From: Candidatus Phocaeicola gallistercoris
Lineage (GTDB): Bacteria > Bacteroidota > Bacteroidia > Bacteroidales > Bacteroidaceae
Direction of reading: 5' to 3'
Assembly (NCBI GenBank): GCA_019116145.1
Contig: DXCG01000150.1
Coordinates: forward strand, 1 to 47,666
Length of the DNA: 47,666 nucleotides
The notes beneath the pieces were generated by a model. It made no database searches and had not been told where the DNA came from. It saw only the letters and a list, made by a program, of their open reading frames with translations. This document shows positions 6,914 through 15,781 of the stretch, in pieces. Both the position numbers and the translations under genes were made by a program. The stretch's first letter is position 1, and each line of letters starts with the position of its first letter.

Positions 6914-9301
6914 TTACTGAATAGCGTTTCCTCCTGAAACAAAAGTTGCATCATAATTCAACGTTCCAGAATCATTTCCATCTCCTTTTATTTTTAATTG
7001 GAAACGGAAATTATTTTCCACAACTATTTGTGGCAGCCATTGCCCATAAACATCACGTTGACCTCCCGAAGCAACATTACTGTTAACAAAAGCTTCGCCA
7101 AAGAAGTTCATCAATACAATCCCGATAGGACCAGAGTTTGTTTCTGGATTTGCCAAATATTCATAGATAGGACCATTGATTTGGTTGGCTGCCAATACGG
7201 TGTTACCACTCTGACCTAAAGCCGTATTGTAACTTTGGTCTTCATTAACAATACAGAAACCTCCCAAGTTATTGACAAACCAATTCGAAGTTTCTCCTAA
7301 GTTATTGTTCTCGATAGCTTTCTGGAAGAAGTTTTTCGTGATGTCAATCTTCAACTGAATACGACCGCTAAAAGTCGAAGTATTAGGAATATTTGGATTT
7401 TCAGGATTTTCCAAGCGTTCCATATGTTGTTTCCATACATGGATTCCCGAGCCCGGTCCTTCCGGTATCATATAATAAGGATAAGTGATGTCACGGTCGT
7501 TGGATGAATAGAGCGTAGACATGATATCTTTTCCATTTTCATCATATGCCTGACGCATAAACACGTAGTTTGTTACATCGGTAGACGGCGTGAAAGTAAA
7601 GCCGGCATACTCTTCACCGCCTATCCACCCAGCATGTACAGCCCCCTCAGACTGCGGAAGATTGGGTGCCTGATAATTAACAAAGACAAGAATCTTTCCC
7701 TTCAAATCGGCAATGGTGGTTTCTGGCGTGACACCATGAACCAACTCGACACCAGTAGTACTGGAGAAGTTATCCAAGATACGGTCTATCTCACGAATCC
7801 AACGTCTTACCTCCCTATACTTGGTATTATCCAGATTAGTTCCACTGGTTACCATCTGCTTATAGTTTATATTCAAGACAATGAATTCTTGACAAGTACG
7901 TCCTTGAGGTGCTTTATAATTATCAATTGCATTCTTCAGCATAGAAGCATAATTTTCCAACACGATTAATAAGTTATCTTTTTGCGTATTGGCATCGTAA
8001 ACATACAATGAATAATCATTATTCCAGTTTGTATACGATAGGCCATCACTTACAGCATTATCAAAATCATCGTTGCTAAAACCCACCATGAACGAGAATG
8101 CACGTGCCCCGGCTTGGAACTGTTCTTCTATTGTCCGTTTTTGATAAGCACCCATCACCGTATTCGACTCTGTAACACCCGAGGCTACAGAATACGAGTT
8201 GTGTGTTCCCGGAATAGAAAGCTGTGAAAAATATGTATTCTCATTCAAAGCAGACAACCAATAATAAAAATCCGTACCACGAAGTGCAGGCAATGAAGTT
8301 ATATTGATTTTACGAGCCTTAATATCGGCTGTACTTAATATTTTAGTATTACTACCTTGTCCTACCATATTAACAGTAACAGCAGTCTGCGATGCTTCCG
8401 GGTTTGCATAAGGCAACATAAATGCTTTTACTACCAATTTTTCGCCTACACCTAACGTTACAGGTTCCCAACCTCCAGTTTCATTTTGATAATATGTCGG
8501 TATCGTTATATCTGTATTTACTACTCCTTCATCTATCGCAGAACATTTACCATCCTCAGGATCGTTCACGTCATCTGCCACAGTAAGTGCAAAATCGCCC
8601 GATATAGCAACACTTGAACGAACAAGCACTTGTGAAACTTGTAAAGACTGTGGACCAGTTCCATCAGGACCATTCACTGTTATTTCCAATGTAGTCACCA
8701 TCGGTTTAAAATTCAAAGAAATAGGTTTATCCCCTTGTGATAACCGAGAAACTTCAGTATGAGCATACATATATGCATAATTCATATTCGGATAAGCAGT
8801 CCATGTATTTCCCTCTTTTTTTATGCTAATAGGAGACTGTCTACTTGGTAAATTAAGAGTAACAGAAGTGGCACTCGTTCCTCCCTTAGAGGCACTCGCA
8901 GGATAAATTGCATAAAAATCATGCTCATCCTCAGAACTCCATTGTAAACCATTTTCTCCCGGATTCACTTTTGCCAAAGTACCCGTAGTAGAATTTTCAT
9001 TATCTACTTGCACTTCATAAGTAAACTCCTTATAAGGTTGCGGAGCAGAAGCCTGAGGGCAATAAATACCAATCTGATCTCCATTTACCCAGTAAATTGG
9101 ATAAGAATCACCATCACGATCCCCATATATTGTCCGTGAACCATTTTTGTCACTAAATTCATAAATACCATGTACTGCTGCAAATTGAATATCTTCGCCT
9201 ACAGTTGCAGGAAAACTTACAACTTTTTCTTCTAAGGCGTCATCCTGACATGCCGTCAGTGCTAATAATACAACACCTGTAAAAAAAATACTTCTTTTCA
9301 T
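6914..9301 (-). CDS. Fimbrillin / type V pilin-like lipoprotein fused to a PI-PLC X-like domain
   Basis: Lipobox LALTAC; SRT motif, WVNGDQIGIY, FYAIYP, LNFKP; C-terminal half has LSIPGTHNS...IEEQFQAGARAF...TIADLKGKILVF...GPIGIVLMNF. Confidence 0.82.
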   Translation of the reverse strand: MKRSIFFTGVVLLALTACQDDALEEKVVSFPATVGEDIQFAAVHGIYEFSDKNGSRTIYGDRDGDSYPIYWVNGDQIGIYCPQASAPQPYKEFTYEVQVDNENSTTGTLAKVNPGENGLQWSSEDEHDFYAIYPASASKGGTSATSVTLNLPSRQSPISIKKEGNTWTAYPNMNYAYMYAHTEVSRLSQGDKPISLNFKPMVTTLEITVNGPDGTGPQSLQVSQVLVRSSVAISGDFALTVADDVNDPEDGKCSAIDEGVVNTDITIPTYYQNETGGWEPVTLGVGEKLVVKAFMLPYANPEASQTAVTVNMVGQGSNTKILSTADIKARKINITSLPALRGTDFYYWLSALNENTYFSQLSIPGTHNSYSVASGVTESNTVMGAYQKRTIEEQFQAGARAFSFMVGFSNDDFDNAVSDGLSYTNWNNDYSLYVYDANTQKDNLLIVLENYASMLKNAIDNYKAPQGRTCQEFIVLNINYKQMVTSGTNLDNTKYREVRRWIREIDRILDNFSSTTGVELVHGVTPETTIADLKGKILVFVNYQAPNLPQSEGAVHAGWIGGEEYAGFTFTPSTDVTNYVFMRQAYDENGKDIMSTLYSSNDRDITYPYYMIPEGPGSGIHVWKQHMERLENPENPNIPNTSTFSGRIQLKIDITKNFFQKAIENNNLGETSNWFVNNLGGFCIVNEDQSYNTALGQSGNTVLAANQINGPIYEYLANPETNSGPIGIVLMNFFGEAFVNSNVASGGQRDVYGQWLPQIVVENNFRFQLKIKGDGNDSGTLNYDATFVSGGNAIQ

Positions 9302-9313
9302 TTTCTACACTTT

Positions 9314-9496
9314 TTAATAATCCCAATCACTTCCACTTTCAAAATAATTACTTTCAGCTCCAACTTCTTGGTTTTCAATAGAAATAGTAGGTTCTTTTTC
9401 TTTATCTACATCAATGATAGAGCCATTCATGAATCCACTTTCCAGTTCCACTTCCGTATAGCAGGTTTGTGGACTTACATACGTTTCTTTTTTCAT
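9314..9496 (-). CDS. 60-aa acidic peptide, candidate RiPP-like precursor
   Basis: MKKETYVSP (YxxP) leader, E-rich EVELESGFMNGS, acidic C-terminus ending SGSDWDY; ends 12 nt before the pilin start; AT-rich upstream region. Confidence 0.72.
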   Translation of the reverse strand: MKKETYVSPQTCYTEVELESGFMNGSIIDVDKEKEPTISIENQEVGAESNYFESGSDWDY

Positions 9497-9501
9497 ACCA
9501 T

Positions 9502-9618
9502 TTACCTCTCTTTCTGTTTTAATTCATTATTAAAAGTTAGTACTCTCCTTTCTGAAAGCCTCATGCCTCCTGCATGGGTTCTTTCGTTTTGTTCTTCTTC
9601 TTTTTTTCGCATAGACAT
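9502..9618 (-). CDS. Possible 38-aa small ORF
   Basis: Manual translation MSMRKKEEEQNERTHAGGMRLSERRVLTFNNELKQKER; fills the gap between wzc and the 60-aa ORF; no motif recognised. Confidence 0.25.
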   Translation of the reverse strand: MSMRKKEEEQNERTHAGGMRLSERRVLTFNNELKQKER

Positions 9619-9645
9619 TTATTAAATTAAAATTAAAGTTTAACG

Positions 9646-11991
9646 TTATTTCTTTTTATGTTTGGTTCCGTAGCCATATCCGTAACCATATCCATAGCCA
9701 TAGCCGTACCCGTAACCATATCCTTGGCGATGCGGATTGATGCCGTTCAGCACCAAAGCCATGTTGTGGAGTTTATGCTCCTGATACAGCATCTCAATGT
9801 CGGGCAACTGGCGGCGGTCTAATTTACCGGCACGCACCACAAACACGGTAATATCGGCAATACGGTTGGCAATAGCGGCATCGGCAATGATTCCCACCGG
9901 CACATTGTCGGCAATGATGTAATCGTAACGGGAACGCAGCTCGGCAACCAGCTCGTCCAAACGACTGTCCATAAGCAATTCGGCAGGATTGGGTGCCGAT
10001 ACTCCGGCAGGAATGACATCGAACGACTCGTGCTTTTGTATGATATCGTCGACCGTCACCGAACGATCGGACAAATAATTGGTCACTCCTTTCTTTTGTC
10101 CTCCCAAAACACGGCTCAAGGTTCCTTTACGAATATCCAAATCGAGCAACACAACACGCTTCTTGGCATAGACAAAGCTCATGGCAAGATTGTGCGAGAT
10201 GAATGTCTTTCCGGCACCTTCGTTGAACGAAGTAAAAGTAATTACCTGCAAAGGGCGGTCTTTCTTCGCCATAAATGCCATGTTGGTACGCAACACACGG
10301 AATGCCTCGGACACAATATCGTCTCTCGAATCTTTGATTTCCTTTTTACGCCGCTTCGCCATTTTCTTGTCGAACGGGATTTCGCCCAAGAAAGGCACGC
10401 TCACCGCCTTTTCCACATCCTTGCGGGTATGTATGCGGGTATCCATGAAAAGTACCATGAGGCATGCGCATCCCGGCAACGCCAACCCGATAAGTATGCC
10501 CAACAGCAAGATGCGGTTGCGCTTGGGCGATATGGGTGCGTCGCTTCCGTCGGCACTGTCTATCACCCGCGCATTGTTGTCGGCCATAGCTTGCGACAAG
10601 GCATTTTCCTCACGCCGGTTCAACAGGAACATATAGAGCGACTCTTTTATTTTCTGCTGCCGCTCGATGGAAAGCATCTGCCTTTCTTTCGAAGGGATAG
10701 ACACCACGCGGCTCTGTGCCCTCATCTCCCGGTTTTGTGCATCGTTGCGCTTCACTTCCAAACTGACAATCATGTTATCGACCGCCCGGATGATGTTCTG
10801 CTTCATGGCACGCAACGAGTTGTTCAGTTCTTGCACAACCGGGTTGTTTTCGCTGCTGTCGTCTATCAGCCGGTCTCTCCTCAGCTTCGCCGTATTGTAA
10901 TTGTTTATTTGCGTTTCGATGTTCATATCGCTAAGCCCGGTATTGGAAGGAATCAAGTCGGTTTCCTTGGTCGGGTCGGTAAGATACTCCTTTATATAAT
11001 TGGCAAGGCGCAACTGGGTTTCCAGTTCCATGGCATCGGTATTGTATTTCTGCGACTCGCTGATATACATTCCTGCCGTAGTGGAAATATCGATAATCTC
11101 ATTGCGCTGCTTGAACGTCTGCAAATCGGTTTCCACACTCCCCAACTCATTTTCGATGATAATGAGCCGTTCGTTGATGAAATTTGCCGTATTGACAGCC
11201 ACTTGGTTCTTATCTTTAATCGCCTCTTCGTTGTAAACGGTAATCAGCATATTGAGCATGTCTTCCGCACGTTCCGGCGAATTGTCTTTCAACGCCAGTT
11301 CAAGAATGGACGATTCTTCCCCCTCCTGCCGTATGCCAACAGAATTTCTGTAATAATCGGTCACAGTTTCCAAAGAACGTTTCTGCACGAAGATTTCTTT
11401 TCCCACCCACGAATTATTATAAAAATGGGTAGGTGTGGCAACCACCCTCATGCCATTGTAAAGCGCCACGGTATCGTTTAACGCAATGCGGCGTGCCGAC
11501 TGTACATTCAGTCCCGCGAAATTGGCAAGCACCACTGTTTTGTCGCTTTGAGGGATGAGCGTAAAAGAGAAACGTTGTTCCGGCAAAGCATCGGGAAAAC
11601 TAATCAGTACCGGCGACTGCGTGTACAGTTCATTATACCGCAAACCGTCTGCTATCTGGTAACTGACATCGGCATGTACACGCTGTACCACCTCGCGCAT
11701 CAGTTTTTTGGAACTGAACTGCACAATTTCGTTGGCAACATTGACCTTATTGATAATATTATCGAAACGGTCTAACGAAGTGGTAGACGTTTTATTCGAC
11801 GGGTCTTTGATGATAACAGTGGCAGAACGGAAATAAACCAATGGTGCTTTGGCATAATTGTACCACGCAATGGCTCCGCACACCACTACGGAAAGCAAAA
11901 ACCATTTCCATTTGGATGCAAAATAAAGCAACAGGTCTAACACATTCAGGCTCTGATCGGCTTTATTGGCAGATGTATTGTTTGTTTGCAT
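9646..11991 (-). CDS. wzc: Polysaccharide co-polymerase / BY tyrosine autokinase
   Basis: Two TM segments around a coiled-coil periplasmic region; EAFRVLRTN, Walker A NEGAGKT, DLDIRK, PNPAELL, C-terminal (GY)n cluster. Confidence 0.95.
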   Translation of the reverse strand: MQTNNTSANKADQSLNVLDLLLYFASKWKWFLLSVVVCGAIAWYNYAKAPLVYFRSATVIIKDPSNKTSTTSLDRFDNIINKVNVANEIVQFSSKKLMREVVQRVHADVSYQIADGLRYNELYTQSPVLISFPDALPEQRFSFTLIPQSDKTVVLANFAGLNVQSARRIALNDTVALYNGMRVVATPTHFYNNSWVGKEIFVQKRSLETVTDYYRNSVGIRQEGEESSILELALKDNSPERAEDMLNMLITVYNEEAIKDKNQVAVNTANFINERLIIIENELGSVETDLQTFKQRNEIIDISTTAGMYISESQKYNTDAMELETQLRLANYIKEYLTDPTKETDLIPSNTGLSDMNIETQINNYNTAKLRRDRLIDDSSENNPVVQELNNSLRAMKQNIIRAVDNMIVSLEVKRNDAQNREMRAQSRVVSIPSKERQMLSIERQQKIKESLYMFLLNRREENALSQAMADNNARVIDSADGSDAPISPKRNRILLLGILIGLALPGCACLMVLFMDTRIHTRKDVEKAVSVPFLGEIPFDKKMAKRRKKEIKDSRDDIVSEAFRVLRTNMAFMAKKDRPLQVITFTSFNEGAGKTFISHNLAMSFVYAKKRVVLLDLDIRKGTLSRVLGGQKKGVTNYLSDRSVTVDDIIQKHESFDVIPAGVSAPNPAELLMDSRLDELVAELRSRYDYIIADNVPVGIIADAAIANRIADITVFVVRAGKLDRRQLPDIEMLYQEHKLHNMALVLNGINPHRQGYGYGYGYGYGYGYGYGYGTKHKKK
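9667..9723 (-). repeat. G(YG)9 tyrosine-cluster coding repeat of Wzc
   Basis: 19 codons, degenerate 6-nt period with varied third positions. Confidence 0.85.
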
Positions 11992-12014
11992 AGTGTCTGA
12001 AAAAAATATAAACG

Positions 12015-12830
12015 TTACTTAATTGCCCAAAGAATAGAACATACAGCCGTTACGACAGACAGTAAGGTCGTACCGATTTGCCATCCGCGGTCTTCGCCAT
12101 CTTTCTTCCGGTATTTCGGCTCTACATATATAATGTCGTTTTGCTGAAGATAAAAACACGGAGAATCGAACACATCTTTGCTCCGCAAGTCGTGCATGAA
12201 CATCTGGCGGTTGCCATCTATTTCCCGGATCACAGCTACCCGGTTGATTCTAGCCTTCGACGTAAGGTCGCCCGCCTTGGCAATTGCTTCGAGCAACGTC
12301 ACCCGGTCGCCGTCGGCAGAGAATGTACCATTACTCCCTACGGCTCCCAACACGGTGTACTTAAAGTTCAAGAACTCGATAGCCACCAGCGGGTCTTTCA
12401 TGTAATTACCTTCTTCTATTTTAGTCTTTATCAAATCGGTCACTTCGCTCACTTTCAACCCTTCCACATGCAACTTACCCAAAATAGGAAAATCGATGTT
12501 ACCATCTATGTCTACCCGGTATCCTTTCTCGTTCACTTTTGTCGAGGCATCGGCAGTGACATTCCCATCGGAACCTACATGGAAATTGCCTCCGTAAATA
12601 TTGAACGGGATGGCAAGCTCCGGATTTTTACAACTAACGGTAATACTTAAACGGTCGTCGCGATGAACAATTGCCTCGTACTTGCTTTCCATGGGGTATT
12701 TCACTCCCATCTCCATGTCTTGCAAATAGACAAACTTTTTACGCGACGCGCAAGAATTCAATAATAACAAGGTAAGCAAACTTACCCACAATAACATCGA
12801 TTTATTCATATAAAAATTACGTTGATTCAC
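12015..12830 (-). CDS. wza: Polysaccharide export outer-membrane lipoprotein
   Basis: Lipobox LLNSC; DDRLSITV, GNIDFPILGKLHVEGL, SLBB TLLEAIAKAGDL, YLQQNDIIYVEP. Real start may be ATG 12809. Confidence 0.95.
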   Translation of the reverse strand: MNQRNFYMNKSMLLWVSLLTLLLLNSCASRKKFVYLQDMEMGVKYPMESKYEAIVHRDDRLSITVSCKNPELAIPFNIYGGNFHVGSDGNVTADASTKVNEKGYRVDIDGNIDFPILGKLHVEGLKVSEVTDLIKTKIEEGNYMKDPLVAIEFLNFKYTVLGAVGSNGTFSADGDRVTLLEAIAKAGDLTSKARINRVAVIREIDGNRQMFMHDLRSKDVFDSPCFYLQQNDIIYVEPKYRKKDGEDRGWQIGTTLLSVVTAVCSILWAIK

Positions 12831-12833
12831 TTC

Positions 12834-13718
12834 TTAATTTTGAGCTTCTGTTATTCCATGAAAGCATAGGCGGGCAGCTTCTTCATCCGGACGGCAAGCC
12901 AATGTGCCTACCACCGTAACTTCTGCCAGCCGAGCCAATGTATCGTATAAACTATTCCGGAGAGCCACATCCTGGCTGATCACCGAACAGCCCGGATAGA
13001 TTGCCACAAAAGCATCGCTCCCGCTGCACAGGCGGAAACGATTTTCGGGAGCCTGCCTTAAACGAACCATCCCGCCCACAGGAAATGCGCATTGCTTATA
13101 GCAAGGAGTCTTCCCGCTCCATGGTGTGCCATACGCCATTGCCATATTTCCTACCATACGGATTGTGGGATTATCGTCGTTCAACAGTTCGCACCCGGGA
13201 ATGTATTTCATCCACAACGCAGCATGGGTACTTTTCCCCGTCCCGCTCTTCCCCATAAACAAATATGCCTTCCCTCCACAAGAAACGGCTGCCGCATGAA
13301 GAGAAACCGCCCCTTTGCGAAGTACGGATTGGGAATAGGCAATACGAATCAAAGAAGACAGTACGTTTCCCGCATGTATATCGTCCCAGCGTACAAAGGC
13401 GCGGACAGATGAAAAGTCCTTATCGGCAAGCAGGTAATGCATCACATTTCCCAGCAACAACGAGACTCCATACCCCATCGGCATACGATACAAACGCAGA
13501 CGACCCATATCGTTGGTCACATCTTCCAGCATTTCTCCCTCCATGGTGAAAGAAGAAACATCGCACACCGGTGCAGAAAGATGAAACAAGTTTTCACCTT
13601 CGGGCATATCGCCGCATAAAAAAGGGCGAAAAGAAGGTAAAAGCTGATTCATATCTTCTTTTTCGGGGATACAAACCGAAAAAGAAAAACCGGCCACACT
13701 GTAATGATATCTCGTCAT
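12834..13718 (-). CDS. HPr-kinase/PEPCK-like P-loop kinase
   Basis: LHAAAV, Walker A GKSGTGKSTH, LLNDD, GTPWSGK; 4-nt overlap with the upstream gene. Confidence 0.85.
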   Translation of the reverse strand: MTRYHYSVAGFSFSVCIPEKEDMNQLLPSFRPFLCGDMPEGENLFHLSAPVCDVSSFTMEGEMLEDVTNDMGRLRLYRMPMGYGVSLLLGNVMHYLLADKDFSSVRAFVRWDDIHAGNVLSSLIRIAYSQSVLRKGAVSLHAAAVSCGGKAYLFMGKSGTGKSTHAALWMKYIPGCELLNDDNPTIRMVGNMAMAYGTPWSGKTPCYKQCAFPVGGMVRLRQAPENRFRLCSGSDAFVAIYPGCSVISQDVALRNSLYDTLARLAEVTVVGTLACRPDEEAARLCFHGITEAQN

Positions 13719-14809
13719 TTAAACTGTCCTTTTAATAAATCCAAACAAAGCCACGAAACTTCTTTGGGCGCATACCGGAATGAAAAACCTATATTCCCGA
13801 GAAATGAGCGAGCCGTGTGCATTTTACGACTGAATACCGATGCCGAAGCAGGTAAGGAACGCTCTGCATGAAGACCGAAATTTCCGCCTTTCCACACAAT
13901 ATCGAGCAACGGACCGGCTGTAGAAGCCATTTCCACACCGGGCAAATATGCCTTCGGAAAGCCGAGCACGTTTACTAAAAAAGCCCATAACAAATTGTTC
14001 CATTTCTCAAGACCTAACCGCTTATTTGCCAGCATCATTTTTTCGTCGTCTATTTCGTGGCGAAACATGTAGCAAGCACGTGCCATATCGCATAATTGTC
14101 GCATTCCTATCCCTCTTCCCAACGTATGTTTCAGAATGTGCAAATTTAGCAATAAAATGTTCAAAAAAGGAGAAGGTATTGTTATTTTTTTTCCCGACTC
14201 TTGCGATATTTTAACGTTTTGCCATCCCCATTGCCGTTCCAATGTTTTCAGATATTTCCGGAAAAACGGATTATAGCAATCGAACAAACGTGTATGATGC
14301 TCTATATCAATACCTTGCCACACGTAAAACGCACTCCCGTCGGGTTGTCTCCGCACAGGAATGCCTTGTTTCTGCATGTCGGAAAGAATTTTTTCGGAAT
14401 GTGCCTTGTCTGTAAAATAAAAATCAATATCTCCACACTCACGCAACAAAGGAGATGCATAACATAATGCCACTCCCTGCCCTTTTTGCAATACCGGCAC
14501 CGGACCGGTTTCGGCAAACCGGGTATAAAACTCGTCTATCACCCGATTCATTTTCCGGTTTTTCCGCTCAATGGCATCAACCGCTGCCACCCAACGCATC
14601 AGCAAAGCAGGAGGAGGCAAGCACTCGTCCGGCAGAAACTGTATCCCCCGGAAAAGTATGCCCGTTACGGTCTGTTCCTGAGCCAAACGAAACAAATCTT
14701 TCCATACCTCGTCCGGAAGCGGGAAGCACGACAAGTCGTCCATTTTCCGCTCCCACAACCCGGCTTGCAACAATACAAGAAATGCGTTGTGTACGAAATG
14801 CTTATCCAT
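13715..14809 (-). CDS. Nucleotidyltransferase family protein (NTP_transf_5 type)
   Basis: VLQKGQGVALCY..PLLRECGDIDFY, IEHH, LHILKH, GIGMRQLCD. ORF track start 14851 overlaps pqqD; ATG 14809 preferred. Confidence 0.87.
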   Translation of the reverse strand: MDKHFVHNAFLVLLQAGLWERKMDDLSCFPLPDEVWKDLFRLAQEQTVTGILFRGIQFLPDECLPPPALLMRWVAAVDAIERKNRKMNRVIDEFYTRFAETGPVPVLQKGQGVALCYASPLLRECGDIDFYFTDKAHSEKILSDMQKQGIPVRRQPDGSAFYVWQGIDIEHHTRLFDCYNPFFRKYLKTLERQWGWQNVKISQESGKKITIPSPFLNILLLNLHILKHTLGRGIGMRQLCDMARACYMFRHEIDDEKMMLANKRLGLEKWNNLLWAFLVNVLGFPKAYLPGVEMASTAGPLLDIVWKGGNFGLHAERSLPASASVFSRKMHTARSFLGNIGFSFRYAPKEVSWLCLDLLKGQFK

Positions 14810-14820
14810 GCATCTTGTGG

Positions 14821-15105
14821 TTAAGGAAGAAGCAGCCCGTATGCCTTCCACTCATCCAGTTGCTTTCTGACATCACTTAATGCCGTTGATTCATCAACCT
14901 CGTACAAGTTGCACAAATCATGTGCAAGTGTCTGGCAAGTAGCATTCCCCTGCTCTATCTGTTGCCATAACCGGGCGGCAGTGTGGTTCAGGGTGTACAC
15001 ATTGCTCATGTTTACATTCTGCTCGTCGGCTTTCACAATCATATACTGACTGCCGATTTTCCGCAACTGCAATCCGTCTTTCTTTTTGATCACGTTTTCT
15101 TCCAT
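14821..15105 (-). CDS. PqqD-family protein / RiPP recognition element
   Basis: 94 aa; LRKIGSQYMIV, YTLNHTAARLWQQI, LCNLYEVDESTALSDV...GLL (three strands + three helices pattern). Confidence 0.9.
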   Translation of the reverse strand: MEENVIKKKDGLQLRKIGSQYMIVKADEQNVNMSNVYTLNHTAARLWQQIEQGNATCQTLAHDLCNLYEVDESTALSDVRKQLDEWKAYGLLLP

Positions 15106-15106
15106 T

Positions 15107-15781
15107 TCAGAATTTCTTTCCGGAAATAATAGAATATACTGTAAGATAAATAATTTTGGTGTCGAGCCACAAAGAACGTGTATGCAAATATTCCAAGTCC
15201 ATGCGCAAACGCTCTAACATTTTTTCCATGGTATCTGTGTATCCATTGTACAACGTTGCCGGCGAAAAAAGCCCCGGACGCAACTGATACAGCAATTCAT
15301 AGTCCGGATTGATAGCCATAATCTTATCGATAAAAAATTTACGCTCCGGACGCGGACCGACAAAACTCATATCCCCTTTCAACACATTCCATAACTGCGG
15401 CAACTCATCTAAATGGTGACTACGCAGAAAACTTCCGACTCTCGTCAAGCGTTTATCGTTTTTCGTACACAATGCCGGTTTCCCGTCTGCCTCCGAACGT
15501 ACGGTCATAGAACGGAACTTATACAAGGTAAAAGGCTTTCCGCCATACCCTATACGCTCTTGTTTGAAGATGACAGGTCCTCCATCTTCGCGCTTGATGA
15601 GCCAGTAAATCACCAAAAACACAGGCGAGAAGACCAACAATCCCACCAAACTGGCAATAACATCCAATAAACGTTTCACGCTACATGCTGTAACAGACAT
15701 TTTGCTCTTACTGTAAGAATCCGATTTACACATATCACTCCCTAAATCTTTAAGAAAAGCATTCATGTTTCCCTCTCTCAT
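15107..15781 (-). CDS. Priming phosphoglycosyl transferase (monotopic bacterial sugar transferase)
   Basis: KRLLDV, FKQERIG, YKFRSM, LDELPQLWNVLKGDMSFVGPRPE. Confidence 0.95.
   Translation of the reverse strand: MREGNMNAFLKDLGSDMCKSDSYSKSKMSVTACSVKRLLDVIASLVGLLVFSPVFLVIYWLIKREDGGPVIFKQERIGYGGKPFTLYKFRSMTVRSEADGKPALCTKNDKRLTRVGSFLRSHHLDELPQLWNVLKGDMSFVGPRPERKFFIDKIMAINPDYELLYQLRPGLFSPATLYNGYTDTMEKMLERLRMDLEYLHTRSLWLDTKIIYLTVYSIISGKKF

Noticed and set aside
9667-9723. Slipped-strand contingency repeat or CRISPR-like array
   Set aside because: It is the normal Wzc tyrosine cluster with synonymous codon variation; no spacers. No CRISPR array was seen anywhere in the window.
5265-11481. Long plus-strand ORFs (344 aa at 5265-6299, 483 aa at 10030-11481)
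   Set aside because: They are antisense shadows of GC-rich genes with clear motifs and have no recognisable domains.
9314-15105. Canonical lasso peptide or PQQ biosynthesis cluster
   Set aside because: No lasso cyclase, B2 peptidase, PqqB/C/E or radical SAM gene is visible; the peptide lacks the lasso Thr(-2) at the proposed cleavage site and the PqqA ExxxY context is not convincing.
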